From the IMG/VR virus record IMGVR_UViG_3300043427_001443: 64,000 nt of DNA. One strand, written 5' to 3'. This DNA is from an uncultured virus (IMG/VR IMGVR_UViG_3300043427_001443). Lineage: Duplodnaviria; Heunggongvirae; Uroviricota; Caudoviricetes. The notes below the pieces were generated by a model that saw only the letters and a list, made by a program, of their open reading frames with translations, had not been told where the DNA came from and searched no databases. The translations under genes and the position numbers were made by a program. Numbering within the stretch: position 1 is the first letter of the stretch; every line of letters starts with the position of its first letter. This document shows positions 28,191-37,833 of this stretch, in pieces.

Positions 28191-28787
28191 ATGCGACTGA
28201 TCTTATTCAGCGGCGGTGTTGAAAGCACTGCTTTATGTACCATGGCCAATCACAATGATATACTATTGGTATCAGATCGTGTGCACGATCGAGAAGGTGG
28301 CATTTGGCACGAAGAATCTGCCAGAGCCATTGCTGACTATTTCGGGCTCGTCATTGAACGTTTTACCATGTCAGGACCACCAGCACAGCAATGGGTGCAT
28401 CAAAGATATCACTTGTTTTCGGTGGCTCATATTGTTGTAAGTAGAAATCCTGCTTTTACAGAAGTTTGGTATGGAGAGAATTCCAGTAATGCAGATGAAT
28501 CTGAACGCCTTCGAGAATACTCAGCCCAAGTATTACATGATCAAGCATGGAAAATTTTACATCCCACTGTGAACTATTCGAGTCCATTGGAACATCTTAC
28601 CAAGCGGCAACAGTGGAATCTGATACCAGACCAAGTCAAGCCCATGGTAGTAACATGTACGCAACAATTTCATAATTATCCTGTGGCAACACCACCAACA
28701 ATCAGTTTCGAAAATATCACAATACGCGGCTGCGGGCGCTGTGGTAAATGCCGTGAGTTTGATCGATTTGTTATATCAGCTGTTTAG
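28191..28787 (+). CDS. QueC-like PP-loop ATPase
   Basis: LFSGGVEST, PL.HLTK, TC...GCGRCGKC. Confidence 0.7.
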   Translation: MRLILFSGGVESTALCTMANHNDILLVSDRVHDREGGIWHEESARAIADYFGLVIERFTMSGPPAQQWVHQRYHLFSVAHIVVSRNPAFTEVWYGENSSNADESERLREYSAQVLHDQAWKILHPTVNYSSPLEHLTKRQQWNLIPDQVKPMVVTCTQQFHNYPVATPPTISFENITIRGCGRCGKCREFDRFVISAV

Positions 28788-28934
28788 GCCTGCAAAATTT
28801 GCACCTTGAGATAAATAGACCTGCAAAAATTACAGGGTTTTGTGTGTACATTAGTAGACCATATTATGGTCTTAAATAATAGATGTTAATTCAACGAGGT
28901 CGGGAGTTCGATATGAGTGATTAGAGGAAAAATC

Positions 28935-30812
28935 ATGCTACAGCGTTTTATGATCATTGTTATGATCGCCGGTTTTATGTCAGTGTCACAAGCACAGACG
29001 TATGACAGCAGAAGTTTAGTAGATACCAATTCTACTAGTACTAGTACCAGTTCGGTTACCACAAACAATACCACCACTAGTACAACCACAAGTACTAACA
29101 CTAATAATAATATTCAAAGTGGTGAAGTAACTAACAACACAGTAATGAGTGGTTCGGTTACATATACCAATAATAATGTACAGAGTGGTACGCTGACTAA
29201 TATCAATCAAAACACCAATAATACAACTACCACTTCTAATAATACCAACAATAACATTCAAAGTGGCACAGTGACTAATAATAATGTCATGTCGGGATCT
29301 GTGACCTATACTAATAATAATGTGCAGAGTGGTACGCTGACTAATATCAATCAAAACACCAATACCAATACCAGTACTAACGTCAATACCAACAATAATA
29401 TTCAAAGTGGTGATGTAACCAATCGTACTGTTATGTCAGGGTCTGTAACCTATACTAATAATAATGTGCAGAGTGGTACGCTGACTAATATCAATCAAAA
29501 TACAACTGATAACACTAACAGAAATATCATGTCAGGATCGGTTACCTATACCAATAATAACAATAATGTACAAAGCGGCACAGTAACTTACAATAACAAT
29601 AATGTACAAAGTGGTACTTTGACCAATATCAACCAAAACACCAATACCAACACAAGTACTAACGTCAATACCAATAACAATATTCAAAGTGGAGATGTAA
29701 CCAACCGTAATGTTATGTCGGGGTCAGTGACCTACACCAATAACAATGTACAAAGCGGCACTTTGACCAATGTTAATCAAAATACTAGTAATACCACATC
29801 GGATAATACCAACAGAACTATCATGAGTGGTAGTTTGACTAACACCAACATTAATACCAATAACAATATCAACTCAGGTGATCAAACTATTCGAAATGTA
29901 CAAAGTGGCACAGTGACCTACAACAACAATAATGTCAATGCCACAACATCAACCAGTGACAACACCAATCGCAATATTATGTCAGGTTCAGTAACCTATA
30001 ACAACAACAATGTCACCACCAGTAATAATGTCAATCAAAACATTAATTCTGGTACAATGACCTATAATAACAATAATACAAACTCTAATACCAGTACTAG
30101 TACCAGTACCAACACCAATAATAATATTCAAACAGGTGACATGACCAATCGTAACATTAACACATCAACTAGTACTGCGGTCAATACCAATCAAAACAAT
30201 AATGTTAATACCAGCACCAGCACCAGCAGCAATGTCAATACCAATAATAACATCAACACTGGCGATCAAACTGTGCGTACTGTTCAAAGTGGTGGAACCA
30301 ATAATGTTAATACCAACAATAACACCAACTCAAGCACCAGCACCAATACCAATGTAAATAACAATATACAGACTGGTGACATGACCAATCGCAATATCAA
30401 TGACACTAGAATCACACAAACTATCAAGCAACCTCCTCCTACAGCGGTGGCACCTGCTATGATGAGTATGGGGCAGGATCTGTGTGTAACTGGTGTGAGT
30501 GGAGCAGCACAAACACAGATCATTGGTATGAGTTTTGGTACCACACAGCGTGATTTTAACTGTGAAAGACTACGCCTAAGCAAGACTCTTTACGACATGG
30601 GCATGAAGGTCGCAGCAGTTGCTACCATGTGTCAGGATCGTAGGATTTGGGACGCTATGATGGCTGCAGGAACACCATGTCCCATAGAAGGCAAGATTGG
30701 TGATCAGGCTCGTGAGTTTTGGGAACGGAACCCACATCTAATCCCGAATCCTGTTGAAGCAGTGCAAATAGTAGAAGAATCGTATCAAGATAGAACAAGG
30801 AATCGAAGATAA
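28935..30812 (+). CDS. Secreted Asn/Thr-rich repeat protein with Cys-containing C-terminal domain
   Basis: Signal peptide; about 470 aa of NxN/QSG/MSG repeats; four Cys at the C-terminus. Confidence 0.85.
   Translation: MLQRFMIIVMIAGFMSVSQAQTYDSRSLVDTNSTSTSTSSVTTNNTTTSTTTSTNTNNNIQSGEVTNNTVMSGSVTYTNNNVQSGTLTNINQNTNNTTTTSNNTNNNIQSGTVTNNNVMSGSVTYTNNNVQSGTLTNINQNTNTNTSTNVNTNNNIQSGDVTNRTVMSGSVTYTNNNVQSGTLTNINQNTTDNTNRNIMSGSVTYTNNNNNVQSGTVTYNNNNVQSGTLTNINQNTNTNTSTNVNTNNNIQSGDVTNRNVMSGSVTYTNNNVQSGTLTNVNQNTSNTTSDNTNRTIMSGSLTNTNINTNNNINSGDQTIRNVQSGTVTYNNNNVNATTSTSDNTNRNIMSGSVTYNNNNVTTSNNVNQNINSGTMTYNNNNTNSNTSTSTSTNTNNNIQTGDMTNRNINTSTSTAVNTNQNNNVNTSTSTSSNVNTNNNINTGDQTVRTVQSGGTNNVNTNNNTNSSTSTNTNVNNNIQTGDMTNRNINDTRITQTIKQPPPTAVAPAMMSMGQDLCVTGVSGAAQTQIIGMSFGTTQRDFNCERLRLSKTLYDMGMKVAAVATMCQDRRIWDAMMAAGTPCPIEGKIGDQAREFWERNPHLIPNPVEAVQIVEESYQDRTRNRR
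29090..30400 (+). repeat. Imperfect coding tandem repeats
   Basis: Recurring unit MSGSVTYTNNNVQSGTLTNINQN, with near-identical DNA copies. Confidence 0.85.
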
Positions 30813-32971
30813 TGGAACCCAACTACGGCTACAAACATACTCGCGGATTCATCGTATTTTTAATAATCATATTCTGCGGGTGGGTCATTGTAGCCCACAG
30901 TCAAACCAGTTACACTGAAAATCTTGTAACTGGTACCTGGACAAACGGATATTCGGTACCCGAGCTAACCTGTTGGGGCAATGAACAAGGAACAACTAAC
31001 TGTAGTCCTGGTGGCACTCCATATGTTAGGCCTGGTGGTGCAATAAATTTCAGTTATAGTTTTACTGAATTATACCAAGCCCGAGCCTTGGCTGATGTAT
31101 TGCCTTACTCAGGATCAGGTCTTATGGTCACAGGATTTCAATTTAACTGGATGAGTAAAAATGGCAATGGTTGGGACGATGGTAGACAAGATCAACTCTC
31201 AGCTTATGTTCAACTCTATAGTAAAAGCGGGCAATGGCTTGAAGCACAAAGTTATAATCTCAATTTCATACACGATTGGACTAATTTTTCATGGACAGGT
31301 ACATTTAGCAAAGAGCGCAGAGGTAGCGACCTAGGCACCGTACTTTATGGCTTCGCAGGCAAGGACAATAATTACTGGTTAGGTCCGTATGGCCCAGAAA
31401 TAACTAATGTCAGTTTTAGCCTGCGTTATCAACCTGATCCTTGTGTAGTCAACCCCTTGCATAGCACAGAGTGCCCGGGATTTATGTCTGCTATAAACCG
31501 ACCTATACCCGGCATTCAATCCGAAAACACAACCAGCACGGTTTCAACTAGCACTGCTAGTTTAACTTCTAGTATTACGTCTACAGCAGTAGGCACAGCC
31601 ATGAGCGTGATCAAACTAAATGCTCAAAGAGAGCAAGGCATTGTTGATGCTGCTGTAGAATTAGCTACTACTATGATTGCTAGCGAAAGTCGTCAAACAA
31701 CTACAGTATCTTCTGCCGGTATTACTCTAAACCAATCCCAACAACGAGCAACAACGTCAATGCTAGAGTCAGGTTCTGCTGGGCAAGAACAGGACACTTC
31801 GGTTTCTAGTTCGTCTTCAAGTGCTATGCCTGCACTAGTTCAAAATCAACCGAGCACAGGTCAACGAGTTCAAAACACTGCGGCGAATTCATCACAGACC
31901 AACACAGATATAGAATCAGTAGCTACATCGTCTACAGTATCTGCTGTGTCAACCTTGGCTCCAAACCAATTGAGCCAAGCTCAAAGAACCAATACTAAAA
32001 TGGTTGATACCACCGGGCAACAAGATCAAGAACAATTTGCAACACCTCCTGCTCAATCAACCATGGCATTTACTTTACCGGCTCCAGCAGTTGCAGTGGC
32101 TAGAACGGCGACTCGCAACCAAGATTCACAGACTAGCGCGATCGAGCAAGAACAAACTCAAACAGTTTCAATAGCTTCTAGTACCGCCATTGTGCCTGTT
32201 CAACTGCCCACTATTCAAAAAGTCGTTCAACGCTCTGAATCACAAACCAAAACCGAAGTTACCAGTGATACCACTAACATTGTTGATCAATTTATCGCAC
32301 AAAATACTGCTGCAAGCCAAGCGACAGCATCAGCAACTCCGGTCTTGCAACCTGGCCCAGCTCGTGCCACTGACTTTGGCACTAATTTAGATGCAGAGTC
32401 AAACAATCAAGTACAAATCGTCATGATCAAAATGCCTGAAATTGCCGCCACTGTTCAAGCAGATCAAGTCAACACAGGCATACCAGAAAGACCTCTAGTT
32501 GAGTCACAATCACCATTACCTAACATGGCCACTGTTGCCACTATATCTGCGCCCGTTGTTACAGAAGTATCCCTTGTAACAGAACCCATAAGACCACCGC
32601 AGACAGAAACTCCAGCAGTTGATACACCTACAAATACCATTGCTAATGCCTTGATAGATCGTACTAATCCCTTAAATGATATGTTAAATGGGCAACAGCA
32701 AGTACCACAGTCTAATACAGTGTTTGCAGGACCTGCTGTTAAATCAAACACCGCAGACAATGACTTGGCCAGTGGAGTTAGTATCAGTCAAATAGCTCGA
32801 GTCCCAGCAGGATTTGATGTGTATCAGACTTTGGCTATACGAGAAATAGCCTTTTATCAACCACGAGAAATATATCGTGGACAGCGTACAGTAGATAATG
32901 TTAGAGCTTTGCGTAGTTTAGGACAGGACGCAAGACATCAAGAAATGGTTGATCAACAATACAGGAGATGA
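30812..32971 (+). CDS. Secreted/anchored protein: beta-rich N domain plus long Ser/Thr/Gln linker
   Basis: N-terminal hydrophobic segment, DPC...CPG, low-complexity stalk. Confidence 0.8.
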   Translation: MEPNYGYKHTRGFIVFLIIIFCGWVIVAHSQTSYTENLVTGTWTNGYSVPELTCWGNEQGTTNCSPGGTPYVRPGGAINFSYSFTELYQARALADVLPYSGSGLMVTGFQFNWMSKNGNGWDDGRQDQLSAYVQLYSKSGQWLEAQSYNLNFIHDWTNFSWTGTFSKERRGSDLGTVLYGFAGKDNNYWLGPYGPEITNVSFSLRYQPDPCVVNPLHSTECPGFMSAINRPIPGIQSENTTSTVSTSTASLTSSITSTAVGTAMSVIKLNAQREQGIVDAAVELATTMIASESRQTTTVSSAGITLNQSQQRATTSMLESGSAGQEQDTSVSSSSSSAMPALVQNQPSTGQRVQNTAANSSQTNTDIESVATSSTVSAVSTLAPNQLSQAQRTNTKMVDTTGQQDQEQFATPPAQSTMAFTLPAPAVAVARTATRNQDSQTSAIEQEQTQTVSIASSTAIVPVQLPTIQKVVQRSESQTKTEVTSDTTNIVDQFIAQNTAASQATASATPVLQPGPARATDFGTNLDAESNNQVQIVMIKMPEIAATVQADQVNTGIPERPLVESQSPLPNMATVATISAPVVTEVSLVTEPIRPPQTETPAVDTPTNTIANALIDRTNPLNDMLNGQQQVPQSNTVFAGPAVKSNTADNDLASGVSISQIARVPAGFDVYQTLAIREIAFYQPREIYRGQRTVDNVRALRSLGQDARHQEMVDQQYRR

Positions 32972-33070
32972 TTATGGAAATAGGTAACAGTAACTATACA
33001 GCATTATTTCATGTAATTCTATTCATATTTGGTTTATGGATATTAGCAACAATTAGATTTGGGAACAAAG

Positions 33071-33766
33071 ATGAGTGAAGAAAAAGTAGAAAAACAAGAA
33101 AAAGTCGAAGAAGTCAAAACCGAAAAGGTCGATGTCAACAAAAAGATTGACGACCTAGAAGCTGCTGCTAAGAAGTACGCCAGCAAAGACACTGTAATCA
33201 GCATAGGTGGTTACGAGTTTACACCAGCTAAGTTGATGGTGGCTGCTACCATTGTTAGTTCAACACTAGGTGGTTTGTACGGCGTTTTCGAAGTTTATAA
33301 AGACTACGTGGGCATGAAAAAGAAGATAGCCGAGTATGTTACTCCAGATCTATCAGAATTCGATAAGCGTTTAGCAGTGCTAGAAGAAGGCAATGCCAAA
33401 GCACAGAAAGCCATTGAAGAAGGCGCTAACAAAACAGCAGACTATACCAGAGATATCAAGAATGACCTTAAGAACGATATACGCAGACTAGAAAAGGTCG
33501 TCGAAGATGTTGAACGCAGCAACAAGCAGATTGGGCGCGATGTAGATCGCACTGTAGCCGAAGTCAAAACCGAAGTACGTGCTATCCAAAAAAGCAGTGA
33601 TGCTGCTATAAATACAGCTACTAAAGAAATCAATAGAATGGCAGCAGAAAACTCTAAAGCCATTGCTGCTAACAACAAGGAAGTTGATGCTCGAATGAAA
33701 GCTCTAGATAAGAAGATCAACGATGATTTAAAGAAGGCCTTAGACAACCCATTGGCTAATCGATGA
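33071..33766 (+). CDS. Single-TM coiled-coil protein
   Basis: TM segment then a long heptad-rich region. Confidence 0.75.
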   Translation: MSEEKVEKQEKVEEVKTEKVDVNKKIDDLEAAAKKYASKDTVISIGGYEFTPAKLMVAATIVSSTLGGLYGVFEVYKDYVGMKKKIAEYVTPDLSEFDKRLAVLEEGNAKAQKAIEEGANKTADYTRDIKNDLKNDIRRLEKVVEDVERSNKQIGRDVDRTVAEVKTEVRAIQKSSDAAINTATKEINRMAAENSKAIAANNKEVDARMKALDKKINDDLKKALDNPLANR

Positions 33767-34050
33767 GCGACGAAATCTCCTTAATCAGCCAACTACTAGA
33801 ACAAGGCACCGCAGTAGCTGGTGCCTGTGTGGCCGGCTATTTTGGATACCAGGCCATCAAGTTTATCCTTGCCGGTGTTACTAGCAGCATTGCTAGTCAA
33901 AAGTTAACTATTAGTAGACTTGAAAAACGTGTAGATACTATGACTAATCAACTGATTAGAATAGACGTTAAAACCAGTCACGCACTAGGACTACAAGCCG
34001 ACTACGAACGTCTTAGTCGTGCTAGCCGCGAAGATCAAAGGAAAGACTAG
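33763..34050 (+). CDS. Small membrane protein
   Basis: TM plus coiled coil. Confidence 0.7.
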   Translation: MSDEISLISQLLEQGTAVAGACVAGYFGYQAIKFILAGVTSSIASQKLTISRLEKRVDTMTNQLIRIDVKTSHALGLQADYERLSRASREDQRKD

Positions 34051-34364
34051 TGGATATCATCACCATGCTGAACAAATATGGCTTTCCTATAGTCATGTTG
34101 TTTGGCTTGGCATGGTTGATCTGGTACATATGGAATTGGGTTACCAAAGAAATCAAACCACTATTAGGCGAAAGTAATGAAACCTTACTGGCCTTGATTG
34201 ATCGTATACGTATGCTTGATAACGATCTAATTAGATTAAATCAAAAATTAGAAACTACCTTAGAACTGCGTGGAGAAAAAATAGCTCACGAAACCGATGA
34301 GCATTTTGAAAAAATCAATCGTAAACGATCTGCGGCTAAAGATAAACGCATAGATATGTCATAA
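34050..34364 (+). CDS. Small membrane protein (holin-like GFPI motif)
   Basis: KYGFPI, TM, LIDRIRMLDND. Confidence 0.7.
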   Translation: MDIITMLNKYGFPIVMLFGLAWLIWYIWNWVTKEIKPLLGESNETLLALIDRIRMLDNDLIRLNQKLETTLELRGEKIAHETDEHFEKINRKRSAAKDKRIDMS

Positions 34365-34554
34365 CTGGGAACATGCTGATTACCATCATGATCAGTCCCA
34401 CAAGACAACGATATTGTAATTCTTCATATATTAATTCAACATCCTCAGGAGCGAGATTTTTCCTTACATCTGGTGCTAGTTCAGCCTGTCCAGAAATCCA
34501 AATTATCAATCCATAAACAAATACAATTGCAGTTAGTACAGCAACATAAATCAT
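34336..34554 (-). CDS. Small two-TM protein
   Basis: Coupled to the cyclase stop codon. Confidence 0.6.
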   Translation of the reverse strand: MIYVAVLTAIVFVYGLIIWISGQAELAPDVRKNLAPEDVELIYEELQYRCLVGLIMMVISMFPVMTYLCVYL

Positions 34555-35792
34555 TGACGCATCCTGTTGTCATCTATAAACTTGATTTGATCTACTAGAG
34601 CATCGGCATCGGTTTTATAATTATTAAAATCTGTTTTTGTTATAGTCTTGTTTAATTCTTCTAATAACCGTTGTGCCTCGGCGTTATGTTGAGCACGAGC
34701 AGCATACAACCATCTAAAAGCATTGCGTTTATCGCCTGTTTTAGTATAATATTCACCCAATCGCAGCATGGCAGGTACTTGCTTTCGCATGGCAGACTCT
34801 TGTAAATCACCTATAACAGCGTCAATTTCTGCGTCACTACTAGTGGGATCATTAAACACCATCATGGCATAACGATGTGAGGCTTGTTCATTTACTCGTG
34901 CTGCAATTTTAACAAATTGTACAGCCAAAGCAGCATGATTCATAGTTTTTGATTCGAGGAAATCTGCCACCTTCAAAGCACGATCACTGTCAATTTTCAT
35001 ACAGCATTCTCGTAGCACAGCAGCCACATAATTTTTCAATTCCGCAGGAATGAGATCTTTCATGCCCATGCTTAATAATTCATCTAAGGCTTCACGATCA
35101 TTTTTTGTTAAACGCCACATTAGAATACGAGTAGCCGGTCCGAATTTTTGTTCGCGTCTAAACATTTGTGCATCATGTAAGGTGCGATTACGAGCGGCTT
35201 GGTCATTGACTACTGCTGCTATCATTTCAGCATGACTCTTGGTAGTGGTAGTAACACTTGGTTTAGCTCGTTTTGCCAAGTTGGGATTGGGTTCAGCACC
35301 GTCGAGTACAACACTCCAAATTTCCATTGGTGCTACATTTTTGAACTCTTGCAGTCCACGACTAATAAATTCATGATCTTTTATCTTGCCTGCAACTAGC
35401 CTATACACAGCATCAGTCATGGTGACACCGCCGTAGTCGGCTAGACTTTCGCAACGAGCAGCCAAGTTTACAGCATCGCCCATTAGGTTAGTACCGTATA
35501 CCCAGACTTCGCCTACATGCATACCCACACGCCAACGCAGACCATTTTTAATTTTAGACATTCGAGTCTGCATGTCTACACCAAAGCGTACAGCATCAAC
35601 AGCACTGGCAAATTCAACTAAGATACTGTCACCACCGGTATTGAATAATCTACCGCGACTAGAATCTATTAGTGGATCAATTACAGCGCGAGCATTGTCA
35701 AGGCGGCGTAAAGTACCTTCTTCATCTTGCTGCATTAGAGTGCTGTAGCCGATTACATCGCTACAGATTATAGTGGCTAATTTGGTATCCAT
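34551..35792 (-). CDS. Class III nucleotidyl cyclase with C-terminal Sel1-like repeats
   Basis: SDVIGYS, NTGGDS, RVGMHVGEV, GDAVNLAAR; AMLRLGEYY..AFRWLYAA; ATG at 35792 coupled to the upstream TGA. Confidence 0.88.
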   Translation of the reverse strand: MDTKLATIICSDVIGYSTLMQQDEEGTLRRLDNARAVIDPLIDSSRGRLFNTGGDSILVEFASAVDAVRFGVDMQTRMSKIKNGLRWRVGMHVGEVWVYGTNLMGDAVNLAARCESLADYGGVTMTDAVYRLVAGKIKDHEFISRGLQEFKNVAPMEIWSVVLDGAEPNPNLAKRAKPSVTTTTKSHAEMIAAVVNDQAARNRTLHDAQMFRREQKFGPATRILMWRLTKNDREALDELLSMGMKDLIPAELKNYVAAVLRECCMKIDSDRALKVADFLESKTMNHAALAVQFVKIAARVNEQASHRYAMMVFNDPTSSDAEIDAVIGDLQESAMRKQVPAMLRLGEYYTKTGDKRNAFRWLYAARAQHNAEAQRLLEELNKTITKTDFNNYKTDADALVDQIKFIDDNRMRQ

Positions 35793-36229
35793 CAAGCACC
35801 TTCTTCGCGACTCCATCTATACTCAGGTAAACACTGTCTCGGTACAATCTTTTTATCCACAGTGATTACCATGACATATTCGCATAAGCGTTTGAAAGCT
35901 TCGGTATGAGCTTGTAATCTTCGCTCTAGTCTTTGATTTACTCTTTCCTGTTGATCATGCTGTGCTGCTAGCGACTGATTAGCTTTGGTCTGACGCTCTA
36001 GAGCTTGTTCTAACTGTTCTATGCGTTTTGTTAATGGTTCAATGTCAACTTTGGGTTCTTCAACCACTGGTTGTGGCGGTGCTGCTACTGGAACCGGTAC
36101 AGGATTTTGTTTGCGTACTATACCTACAGCCAATAAAATTAACACAGTAAAATACACTATTGCCAAGTAAAAACGCCAATTTGTTTTGAAGTGATCTTGT
36201 ATCATCGTTGATTTTATATCCATATACAT
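35792..36229 (-). CDS. Single-TM coiled-coil protein
   Basis: TM, Pro-rich linker, coiled coil, two Cys. Confidence 0.7.
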   Translation of the reverse strand: MYMDIKSTMIQDHFKTNWRFYLAIVYFTVLILLAVGIVRKQNPVPVPVAAPPQPVVEEPKVDIEPLTKRIEQLEQALERQTKANQSLAAQHDQQERVNQRLERRLQAHTEAFKRLCEYVMVITVDKKIVPRQCLPEYRWSREEGA

Positions 36230-36273
36230 ATTTAGTGGTGTTTTAGATAAGTAACTTATAAGGAGGCCTCAAC

Positions 36274-36801
36274 ATGAGCGAATCAAAACCAGCAGAAAAG
36301 AAACCCTTGACTCGTAGCGAAAAAGAAGCTGCTATCAAAGACAAAGCCGGCTTTGTTATTGTATTTCTAGCCGCATTACTAGCCATAAACACCATGATTG
36401 GTGGCTCGAATTCAAGCAAAATCCAAAACAATACTATTCAAGCCAATAATATGTGGGCCTGGTACCAAGCTAAAAATGTTCGTGGAGTACTCTATGAAAT
36501 CAGTGCTGCTGAAGCTCAAAAGCCAGAAAATAAAGAAAAATTTCTTGCTGAAGCTAAACGAATGAGTGACGACAAAAAAGAAATACAAGAAAAGGCCAAA
36601 GCCTTAGAAGCCGAACGTGATGAAGCTAAGAAACGTTCACCATGGTTTACCTGGGGCGGCAGTATACTACAGATTTCAATTGTGTTACTAACTGCTAGTA
36701 TTTTAGCAGCCAGTATGCCTATGTTTTATGTAAGCACCATAGTAGGTGCTGTGGGTTCAGTGATTGTAAGCCAAGCCTTATGGATGTGGTTGCCGTGGTA
36801 A
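36274..36801 (+). CDS. Membrane protein (DUF4337-like)
   Basis: WAWYQAK.V, LQISIVL..ASIL. Confidence 0.7.
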   Translation: MSESKPAEKKPLTRSEKEAAIKDKAGFVIVFLAALLAINTMIGGSNSSKIQNNTIQANNMWAWYQAKNVRGVLYEISAAEAQKPENKEKFLAEAKRMSDDKKEIQEKAKALEAERDEAKKRSPWFTWGGSILQISIVLLTASILAASMPMFYVSTIVGAVGSVIVSQALWMWLPW

Positions 36802-36977
36802 GACTGCTGACCATTGTCAGTTTGATATTCTTGGTAGGGTGTGCGGATCGTTATCGCTATCCCTGTCAAGATCCTAACAACTGGGATTCAGACATGTGTA
36901 AAAAACCATACTGTGAGGTAAATCGATCATGCCCCGAGCACATATTCAAGGACGAAAACCCATGCAAAATAAAGTAG
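36780..36977 (+). CDS. Small Cys-rich lipoprotein
   Basis: Lipobox LVGC; RYPCQDP.NW. Confidence 0.65.
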   Translation: MDVVAVVRLLTIVSLIFLVGCADRYRYPCQDPNNWDSDMCKKPYCEVNRSCPEHIFKDENPCKIK

Positions 36978-37363
36978 ATACTGTGATTGATAAGGTACTT
37001 AATACCATGGAACCTAAAAATGACTCAACACCAAAAACCAGCAGGCCCGGCGAACGCTACACCGAAAATGAACTTATGGTTAGACTTAAATTCTTTATCG
37101 GAGTCTGCTTGGCGCTCACTCTTATTGGTATTGTTTTTACTGTGCTTTATAGTATCATGTTTGTCACGCAGCCACTTAATGCTATAAGTCCTATAGATCA
37201 GAAATTTTTTGAATTAATTATCCCTGTAGCAACATTTTTATGCGGTACACTGTCAGGCATCATGCTGGCTGGTACTGGTAAAGAAGCTGCTATGGCTGGT
37301 GCTGCTGCCCAAAGAGCAGCAGACAAAGATGCCAAGGATAAGGAGGCTAGCAAAAAGGAGTAG
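36962..37363 (+). CDS. Two-TM membrane protein
   Basis: Two hydrophobic helices. Confidence 0.7.
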   Translation: MQNKVDTVIDKVLNTMEPKNDSTPKTSRPGERYTENELMVRLKFFIGVCLALTLIGIVFTVLYSIMFVTQPLNAISPIDQKFFELIIPVATFLCGTLSGIMLAGTGKEAAMAGAAAQRAADKDAKDKEASKKE

Positions 37364-37367
37364 TGCA

Positions 37368-37553
37368 ATGACTTGGTTCCGTAGAAGACCACATGTTCCT
37401 GAGCGTACTGGTACACAACCATACCGTGATACTAGTACTAAAGTAGTAGATCCAGTAATGGAAGAAATTAACCGAGAGTTTCGTAGAATGCAGGGGCACA
37501 AGACCCCTGATTCTTTGGATAAAATCAATGAACCAACTCGAAAAGAAACATAA
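37368..37553 (+). CDS. Hypothetical protein
   Basis: ORF with AGGAG RBS. Confidence 0.5.
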   Translation: MTWFRRRPHVPERTGTQPYRDTSTKVVDPVMEEINREFRRMQGHKTPDSLDKINEPTRKET

Positions 37554-37764
37554 AGAAGTTGTAGATGGTATATTACAAGTAATTGAACTTTGTTATCAGC
37601 AAGGTGTCACTACCACATGGCGTGACATCTTTTTATTCCTTAGGTTTCCTGAGACTGCATGGCAGGACATGCCGGACATTGATGAGCCTATTGTAATTAA
37701 CCAAGAGTCAGATTTGGTTATCATGCGAGCGATGATTTCTAGTTGGTTTGCCGTAAAACACTGA
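37528..37764 (+). CDS. Hypothetical protein
   Basis: ORF. Confidence 0.55.
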   Translation: MNQLEKKHKEVVDGILQVIELCYQQGVTTTWRDIFLFLRFPETAWQDMPDIDEPIVINQESDLVIMRAMISSWFAVKH

Positions 37765-37786
37765 TTGTAATAATTCTGTAATAATT
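37765..37786 (+). promoter_or_regulatory. Pho box (PhoB site) upstream of pstS
   Basis: 11-bp direct repeat TTGTAATAATT CTGTAATAATT. Confidence 0.7.
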
Positions 37787-37833
37787 AAATGCTAATATAA
37801 CGGTAAATATTTTGACACACAAGGAGATCGTCA

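Noticed and set aside
28191..28787. QueC-like gene as evidence of 7-deazaguanine DNA modification
   Set aside because: No folE, queD, queE or dpdA in the window, and the protein is divergent, so the pathway cannot be claimed
28790..28930. Short palindromes and a CCTGCAAAA direct repeat upstream of the Asn-rich gene as a riboswitch
   Set aside because: No recognisable aptamer consensus; too little support beyond TAAATA motifs
29090..30400. AAC/AAT-rich repeats as a DGR template or CRISPR
   Set aside because: They are in-frame coding repeats; I saw no adenine-specific TR/VR pair and no reverse transcriptase in the window
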